Virus record (IMG/VR): IMGVR_UViG_3300045988_119602
Location: 1 to 30,124 of that record
DNA: 30,124 nucleotides
Reading direction: 5' to 3' (one strand)
From: a virus
Part shown: piece by piece, positions 25,557-30,124 of the stretch
How positions within the stretch are numbered: position 1 is the stretch's first letter
Layout: each line of letters opens with the position of its first letter
Made by a program: the position numbers and the translations under genes
The notes under the pieces: model-generated
What the model was told of the DNA's origin: nothing
Databases searched by the model: none
Seen by the model: the letters and a program-made list of their open reading frames with translations, nothing else

Positions 25557-25830
25557 CGAATCTCACTACTTTCTGCTGTGCGATTTCGTAGCGCAGATCA
25601 GCGATTAGGTTGTCGAGTGAGGTGTGTAGGATGAATTTCATTGCTCGTGCATAGCCTCGCTGTTTAGCGTGGATGCCGTTTCCTGCGATTGTGGTGTACT
25701 TTTCGGCAACTTTTTTGGCGGTTGCGCATGAGCAGTATTTGCCGTACTGGCGGAATACCTTAGTGAGCTTTTGCGCTAGGTGCTCGAATGTGTCGGCGTG
25801 AATCAGAATGTATTTCATGTATTTAATCAT
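25549..25830 (-). CDS. Hypothetical protein (about 89-101 aa), gene 1 of the ORFan operon
   Basis: The frame is open from TTG 25854. ATG candidates are at 25830 and 25818. None has a clear SD, so the start is uncertain. Confidence 0.55.
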   Translation of the reverse strand: MIKYMKYILIHADTFEHLAQKLTKVFRQYGKYCSCATAKKVAEKYTTIAGNGIHAKQRGYARAMKFILHTSLDNLIADLRYEIAQQKVVRFDA

Positions 25831-25911
25831 GGCATTACATGGGTCGAAGCGCAAGCTGATTTTGTGTGTTTATTGTCACATATACATCAGGTGTATCTTC
25901 CTGCACTTGAG

Positions 25912-25920
25912 TGGTATACT
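25912..25920 (+). promoter_or_regulatory. Candidate extended -10 promoter for the replication/early block
   Basis: TGgTATACT (TG at 25912-25913, TATACT at 25915-25920) has the same TGnTAyryT form as the three cassette promoters. The -35 (TGTATC) is poor. Confidence 0.35.
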
Positions 25921-25926
25921 GGATAA

Positions 25927-25958
25927 CGAAAAAGCCCCCGAGGCGAAAGCCTCGGAGG
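25927..25958 (-). terminator. GC-rich hairpin with a GAAA tetraloop. It reads as an intrinsic terminator on the minus strand (stem + CTTTTTCG) and as a 5'-UTR stem-loop on the plus strand.
   Basis: cccccgaggc (25935-25944) gaaa gcctcggagg (25949-25958) gives 7 perfect bp plus 2 more after one mismatch. An A5 run at 25929-25933 precedes it on the plus strand, which is a T5 run after it on the minus strand. Confidence 0.4.
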
Positions 25959-25999
25959 CAATTCCGGAAAGGAAAATAAGAAACAGAAAGGATGTCCCA

Positions 26000-26965
26000 G
26001 TGGATATTATACACCATTTCGACTACCAACACTCTTTCACCATGGTACCAAACCAAATCCTGCGCGATTCAAGGCTTTCATGGGGTGCGCGCGGGCTTAT
26101 GGCGTTCATCGTTGCGCAGAAGCCTGGATACTCACTCTCGCGCCAAGAATTGATCGAAGCATCACGTATGGGGCGCATGGGAGTGAAATCTCTAATCGAT
26201 GAATTGCAAGAGCTAGGGTATCTGGAAATTTCGCAGTCTCGCGAGGGCGGCAAATTTGGTTCTTCGACCATGGTTGCGAAGCTCCCAAGTGTCTCACATA
26301 GTGAGCCGTTGTCAGGTTTACCGACAGCGGTTGAACCATCGACGGTTTCGCTGCATACTCCTCTTAATACTAAAGTTATTAATAATACTAATTTACCCCC
26401 TATAGTCCCCCATGGGGATGATGTGGCTTGCGCCACAGAGACGTTACGCGCTGGCGCGCTCACTGATTGTGATGAACTCGAAACTGAGGCGATCTTGAAA
26501 ATCAAGCCTGATACTCGTCAGCATTGGCGAAAAGCTGGCGAAGCAGTCCAGGTATCCAACGTTAATACCCCCCAGAAGCCTCAGGACGCCCCTCTAAGCG
26601 ATTTTGATACGTTTTGGGCACTGGTTCCCAGGCGGGTAGGAAAAAAGGCGGCAGAGCGCGCCTGGAGGGCTGTAGAGCGACGTGGTGAGTCATTCGAGGC
26701 TATCGAGGGCATGCGGGCATACGCAGCAGCATTCGCACAGAGCGGCACAGAGCTGAAATATGTTCCTCACCCGTCCACCTGGCTCAATCGTCGCGGATGG
26801 GAGGACGACCTAGCGGCAGTATTCCCCTCTCGGAAGCCACAGGTGACCGAATGGGAGCAAAAAGCGGCTCAAATGGGTTACGACCTATCCGCCCTAAAAA
26901 GCGCCCCGCAAATCGCCGCACAGCGCTTTGAAGAAAATCGAAAGGAAATTACCCAATGGAGCTAA
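26000..26965 (+). CDS. Replication initiation / replisome-organiser-like protein with an N-terminal winged-helix domain
   Basis: GTG 26000 lies 7 nt after GAAAGGA, and ATG 26041 is an alternative. The N-terminus is VPNQILRDSRLSWGARGLMAFIVAQKPGYSLSRQELIEASRMGRMGVKSLIDELQELGYLEI. The C-terminal FDTFWALVPRRVGKKAAERAW.....YVPHPSTWLNRRGWEDD resembles phage replication/DnaD-like organiser motifs as I recall them. The track start at 25808 overlaps the divergent gene and was rejected. Confidence 0.55.
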   Translation: MDIIHHFDYQHSFTMVPNQILRDSRLSWGARGLMAFIVAQKPGYSLSRQELIEASRMGRMGVKSLIDELQELGYLEISQSREGGKFGSSTMVAKLPSVSHSEPLSGLPTAVEPSTVSLHTPLNTKVINNTNLPPIVPHGDDVACATETLRAGALTDCDELETEAILKIKPDTRQHWRKAGEAVQVSNVNTPQKPQDAPLSDFDTFWALVPRRVGKKAAERAWRAVERRGESFEAIEGMRAYAAAFAQSGTELKYVPHPSTWLNRRGWEDDLAAVFPSRKPQVTEWEQKAAQMGYDLSALKSAPQIAAQRFEENRKEITQWS

Positions 26966-27504
26966 ATACAATGCGAGCGCTCTACATGATCGCCGCCGGG
27001 CTAGATCAGCGCCTAAAGCCACTGCCCGATGAAATCCTTATGGTGTGGGCAGAGATTTGCGCGGAGGTGCCAGACAAGTACGCCCGCGAGGTGCAAAAGA
27101 GGCTTTATTCAACACGGCGCATATCCATACTCCAGCCTGGGGATATTTTGGAGACCTGGCAGGAAATGAAGGCCGAGATTGACGGTGCGCTTGGAAGGTG
27201 CTCGCGCCTCGCAGCCAAATTCAAGTCTCTTGAAATTGAGGATAAGCAGGATTACGAGGCTGCTGTACGCGTGTATGAGTCATGGAAGCGAGCATATGCT
27301 GCTGTACCTGAGTTTGTGCGCAGTGAGGTTGATTTGCGTGTCTTGAGTGCCCCGTGTGCGCCGCGTGAGATTGAATCCGTTCCGCCGCCGCCTGAGTTGC
27401 GGGCGCTTGTGCGTAGCTTTGGCAAGACAGAGACAGGTTCTATGCGTCGTGGCGTGGTGGAGCGTGAGCGTGATAGGCAGATGCGAGCACTAGAGAATAT
27501 GTGA
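26956..27504 (+). CDS. Hypothetical protein (182 aa) in the replication block
   Basis: ATG follows cgaaaggaaatt, with a 10-nt overlap with the upstream gene. I recognised no motif. Confidence 0.7.
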   Translation: MELNTMRALYMIAAGLDQRLKPLPDEILMVWAEICAEVPDKYAREVQKRLYSTRRISILQPGDILETWQEMKAEIDGALGRCSRLAAKFKSLEIEDKQDYEAAVRVYESWKRAYAAVPEFVRSEVDLRVLSAPCAPREIESVPPPPELRALVRSFGKTETGSMRRGVVERERDRQMRALENM

Positions 27505-27512
27505 TGCACCTC

Positions 27513-27554
27513 ATGCAAAATCAGCTTTGCATTACTGGTATTGCATGATACACT
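27513..27554 (+). promoter_or_regulatory. Candidate promoter with an overlapping 7-bp inverted repeat
   Basis: The inverted repeat is ATGCAAA (27513-27519) n6 TTTGCAT (27526-27532). -35 TTGCAT is at 27527-27532, the spacer is 16 nt, TG is at 27546-27547 and -10 TACACT is at 27549-27554. The ATG is at 27584. Confidence 0.45.
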
Positions 27555-27583
27555 TGAGGTATCGAACGAGAGGAAAGAAGAAA

Positions 27584-27979
27584 ATGAGCGAAACACTCGA
27601 AGGCGCAATCAGCCTAACCTACCGCCAGGACAAAAAAGCCGCATGGGTAGAACTACTGGAAGACATGCCCTTTGTAAAAGATTCCGAGAGCGGCAAAAAG
27701 GTAGTAGAAGCCACCGAAAGCTTCATAAAGAATGGGCTTGCGCGAGTGCAGGTCGAAGACGGCACCGTGTTCGATTCGTCGCGGTACTGGCAGCAGATTA
27801 TCGATGGGCACCAGGAAATTATCAAGTCCCTAGAGAAGTATCTAGCCAAAGAATTAGCTGAGCTTGTACCAGACGGGCATGAACTAGCCCTAACCGAGGT
27901 GGCTGTGTACCGCGCCTATGTTGGTGAGGAATTTTGCACAGTCGAGGATTACGAGGTAGGCACGCGCAAAGTATCCTAA
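27584..27979 (+). CDS. Hypothetical acidic protein (131 aa)
   Basis: ATG 27584 follows GAGGAAAGAAG. The track start at 27527 lies inside the promoter region. Confidence 0.7.
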   Translation: MSETLEGAISLTYRQDKKAAWVELLEDMPFVKDSESGKKVVEATESFIKNGLARVQVEDGTVFDSSRYWQQIIDGHQEIIKSLEKYLAKELAELVPDGHELALTEVAVYRAYVGEEFCTVEDYEVGTRKVS

Positions 27980-28353
27980 TGAAAGTAGTCATTGAGATAC
28001 CGGATAGCCATCCGCTGCTGTCGATAAATAAGCTAATGTCTGAGCATTGGCGCACTAGACAGAAATCGTCCAAATACTGGCGACAGGCAGGGTATGAGGC
28101 AGTGAAAGACTCACCACCCTTGGAGCCACCAGTCACATGTAATGTGTATATTTACCGTCCACGCGCCGGTCGGTACGACCCTGGTAATTACTACCCAACA
28201 GCCAAAGCCATCATAGACGGGATGATAGATGCGGGGATGCTTCCAGATGACTCATTCGAGTATCTGGATGGCGCACACCTCCACCACGGAGGAATAGACA
28301 GAGAAAACCCGAGGCTTGAAATATTTTTCAGCCCATACGAAAGGAAGAAATAA
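27979..28353 (+). CDS. rusA: RusA-like Holliday junction resolvase
   Basis: TAATG overlap with the upstream stop. 124 aa. SINKLMSEHWRTRQK and YDPGNYYPTAKAIIDGMIDAGMLPDDSFEYL fit the RusA pattern (D..N...K...D.l...g...DD). Confidence 0.7.
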   Translation: MKVVIEIPDSHPLLSINKLMSEHWRTRQKSSKYWRQAGYEAVKDSPPLEPPVTCNVYIYRPRAGRYDPGNYYPTAKAIIDGMIDAGMLPDDSFEYLDGAHLHHGGIDRENPRLEIFFSPYERKK

Positions 28354-28676
28354 TGTCCGATCTGCAAGATTTGCGTGTAGCACTCAAGAATATTCAGCTG
28401 CTTGCTGATGAACTCACGGATAAGAATATTGGGCACCTTGAAGACCTGCATGACGAGGTTGACCGCATTCGTGAAATGATTTCGCCTGATAATCCGGAGA
28501 ATATTATTAGCACTCTATTGACTGTCCGAGAGGTTGCAGAGATGGAGGAAATGACTCCGAACGGTGTGCGTAAGGCTTGCGCATCTGGTAAGTTGAAGCC
28601 GTTTAGGACTTCTGGCAATGATCGGCTTTTTGACCCGCAAGATGTATATGAATGGTCGAACATTAGGGATATTTAG
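28353..28676 (+). CDS. Excisionase/MerR-type helix-turn-helix DNA-binding protein
   Basis: TAATG overlap with the upstream stop. The C-terminal LLTVREVAEMEEMTPNGVRKACASGKLKPFRTSGNDRLFDPQDVYEW fits the HTH_17-like pattern. Confidence 0.55.
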   Translation: MSDLQDLRVALKNIQLLADELTDKNIGHLEDLHDEVDRIREMISPDNPENIISTLLTVREVAEMEEMTPNGVRKACASGKLKPFRTSGNDRLFDPQDVYEWSNIRDI

Positions 28677-28685
28677 TGATATATT

Positions 28686-28729
28686 TCACCCCCTCCCAGC
28701 TTGGTTTAATTGGTAGGGGGTGATACACT
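28686..28729 (+). promoter_or_regulatory. Inverted-repeat promoter cassette, copy B
   Basis: Reads TCACCCCCT cccagcTTGGTTtaattggt AGGGGGTGATACACT. -35 TTGGTT is at 28701-28706, the spacer is 17 nt, TG is at 28721-28722 and -10 TACACT is at 28724-28729. The ATG follows 26 nt downstream. Confidence 0.6.
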
Positions 28730-28755
28730 AGAGATATAGGAAAGGAAAAGAAAAA

Positions 28756-29262
28756 ATGACAGTAGGATACCTACTCCAAAACAGGTTCACAGGAAAAACA
28801 CTGCGAGTAATCACAGCCTTAGACGGGAAAAGCTACCTGGTAGCAAAAGACATTGACGAAATGTTCTTCAATGAGCAAGGACACTCGCGTACGCTAAAGG
28901 CACTCAAGCCAGGTGCTATACGCAAGAAATTCTCGCTACCTAAGAAGCTCGCAGCAAATGAACGCACGCGCAAGCTAACAGTGATAACAACAGAAGATTT
29001 ACTGGGCGCAACCGGGAAGCTGCGAGACGCAAGCACAGCACAGGCTATACAAGACTTCTGTCTAGTCTTCAATGTTTTCATGATCGGCATAACCCATGAA
29101 GCCAAGGTAAAGTCTCGGAAGCATGACGGTAAATGGTATGCAGATTGCAGCGTGTGCGGAACCATGAAACCTATGAACACGCACCAAGGGATCGTGCAAG
29201 CATCTGATGCGCACGTCAAGAAATTTCACCAATTCAAACTAGTAGCAACGGCGGTAATCTAA
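28756..29262 (+). CDS. Hypothetical protein with a possible Bro-N/antirepressor-like N-terminal domain
   Basis: ATG follows aggaaaggaaaagaaaaa. The N-terminal LRVITALDGKSYLVAKDIDEMF weakly resembles Bro-N (iR.i...g.pwFvakDv). The domain call is low confidence. Confidence 0.6.
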   Translation: MTVGYLLQNRFTGKTLRVITALDGKSYLVAKDIDEMFFNEQGHSRTLKALKPGAIRKKFSLPKKLAANERTRKLTVITTEDLLGATGKLRDASTAQAIQDFCLVFNVFMIGITHEAKVKSRKHDGKWYADCSVCGTMKPMNTHQGIVQASDAHVKKFHQFKLVATAVI

Positions 29263-29263
29263 A

Positions 29264-29635
29264 ATGGCTGGAAAAGAATACACAACCCACTGCGGTACAT
29301 GCGGGTGCCCGCGTGAGGAAAGAACAAAGGGGTGCACGCAGTGCAACAACCGGCACCGCAAATGGAAAATCGTAGGCGACATACGATATAAAGCACCAGA
29401 ACCACCTAAATGTAAAGGGTGTGGAATTGACATGTCGGAAATAAATCCAGACTGCTCAATTTGCCGCAAGAGGCAGGAGAAACGCAAGTATAAGGAAGAG
29501 CGAATAACAGACCCTAACGAGTATCGCAGCACTGAGCTAACTAAACGGTACTACGAAGTATGGGTGCAAGCGCGGCGCGAGCGCATCGCAAGGAATCAGG
29601 GTCTACTAGCTGCTGGGAGACGACCAATTGTCTAA
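29264..29635 (+). CDS. Double zinc-ribbon protein with a basic C-terminal tail
   Basis: Cys clusters are HCGTCGC-x9-CTQC and CKGC-x11-CSIC, followed by a KRQEKRKYKEER basic stretch. Confidence 0.65.
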   Translation: MAGKEYTTHCGTCGCPREERTKGCTQCNNRHRKWKIVGDIRYKAPEPPKCKGCGIDMSEINPDCSICRKRQEKRKYKEERITDPNEYRSTELTKRYYEVWVQARRERIARNQGLLAAGRRPIV

Positions 29636-30023
29636 CAACTACCAAGAAATCGACGGACACAAGCTAACTGATTTCATTCATGAGCTTCCATTTTATCTAG
29701 GAAATATCATGAAATATGCGTGGCGTGCACCGCACAAGAATGGGATTGACGACACTATAAAGCTTCTGGACTATCTGGATATGTCGCATTATGGATGGGT
29801 CAATTACGATCTGTCGGATAGGGCGACAACGATTCTTTCTGAGATTTCTAGCTGCGATTTTTACGGTAAAACATCTGGCGCGGATAACGTTCACAGGAAA
29901 TGCATAGCGAGTGTTGCTGAGTGGATTTTGAATAGCGAAGGCTCAGGTGGAATAGACTATAAGTCTCAAAAAAATCTAATTTTATCTGTGGCTTCTTTGC
30001 AGGTTAACTTATTCAATAAATAA
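29628..30023 (+). CDS. DUF3310-like phage protein
   Basis: TTG start 8 nt after GGGAGA. The motif FYLGNIMKYAWRAPHKNGIDDTIKLLDYL matches the DUF3310 signature (gn.iKY..R...K.g..eDl.Ka..Yl) as I remember it. Confidence 0.55.
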   Translation: MSNNYQEIDGHKLTDFIHELPFYLGNIMKYAWRAPHKNGIDDTIKLLDYLDMSHYGWVNYDLSDRATTILSEISSCDFYGKTSGADNVHRKCIASVAEWILNSEGSGGIDYKSQKNLILSVASLQVNLFNK

Positions 30024-30032
30024 ATGTAGCAA

Positions 30033-30079
30033 ATATCACCCTCTATTGGCTTGGTTTAGTCGGTAGGGGGTGATATACT
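30033..30079 (+). promoter_or_regulatory. Inverted-repeat promoter cassette, copy A (drives gene 52-516 and probably the structural operon)
   Basis: Reads ATATCACCCTCTA ttggcTTGGTTtagtcgg TAGGGGGTGATATACT. -35 TTGGTT is at 30051-30056, the spacer is 17 nt, TG is at 30071-30072 and -10 TATACT is at 30074-30079 (= nt 4-9). The ATG follows 42 nt downstream (30122 = 52). Confidence 0.65.
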
Positions 30080-30124
30080 ATAAATGTAGCCAGGAAGGGC
30101 TACACAACGAAAGGAAAGAAAATG

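Noticed and set aside
25808-25999. Upstream extension of the replication gene ORF (track start 25808)
   Set aside because: It overlaps the divergently transcribed gene start, the promoter region and the GC hairpin. GTG 26000 or ATG 26041 are the credible starts.
1-30124. tRNA genes, an integrase/att sites, toxin-antitoxin pairs, and reverse transcriptase or retron-like elements
   Set aside because: I scanned the intergenic gaps and ORF translations by eye. No cloverleaf-capable gaps exist (all gaps under 220 nt are explained by promoters or terminators), and I saw no recombinase, RT or known toxin motifs. Absence cannot be proven without profile searches.

Overview
This window is a complete genome of a small tailed phage with siphovirus-type gene order, not a chromosomal fragment. 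Nt 1-54 recur exactly at 30071-30124, so the record wraps around a 30,070-bp circular or circularly permuted molecule.

Gene layout:
- Plus strand 52-23100: hexapeptide-repeat protein, small and large terminase, portal, MuF-like minor head protein, scaffold, DUF2190-like decoration protein, major capsid, head-tail joining proteins, major tail protein, tail-assembly chaperone pair, 1288-aa tape measure, Dit/Tal-like proteins, a 706-aa fibre with a predicted Spherulin-4/GH135-like glycosidase C-terminus, an FN3 protein, and a lysis cassette (membrane protein, amidase endolysin, two-TM holin).
- Strong convergent terminator at 23107-23156.
- Minus-strand accessory genes: three tiny membrane proteins, a phage Dam-type N6-adenine methyltransferase, and four translationally coupled ORFans.
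- Divergent control region at about 25855-26000.
- Plus-strand early block: winged-helix replication-organiser-like protein, RusA-like resolvase, excisionase-type HTH, possible Bro-N-like protein, double zinc-ribbon protein, DUF3310-like protein.

I saw no integrase, CI-type repressor, DNA polymerase, primase/helicase, tRNA or CRISPR array.

The most notable signals beyond the gene calls:
1. Three copies of a conserved inverted-repeat-plus-promoter cassette, each heading a gene block.
2. A patchwork of two opposite synonymous-codon dialects (A/C-ending versus G/T-ending) with sharp borders that fall partly inside genes.
3. A tail-chaperone pair that can only be fused by a +1 (or -2) shift at CCC_CGA.
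4. A start-codon-less ORF that exactly fills the gap after the methylase gene.
5. An AT-rich, repeat-bearing ori-like island inside the replication gene.

All functional calls come from motif recognition by eye and from synteny. No database search was possible.
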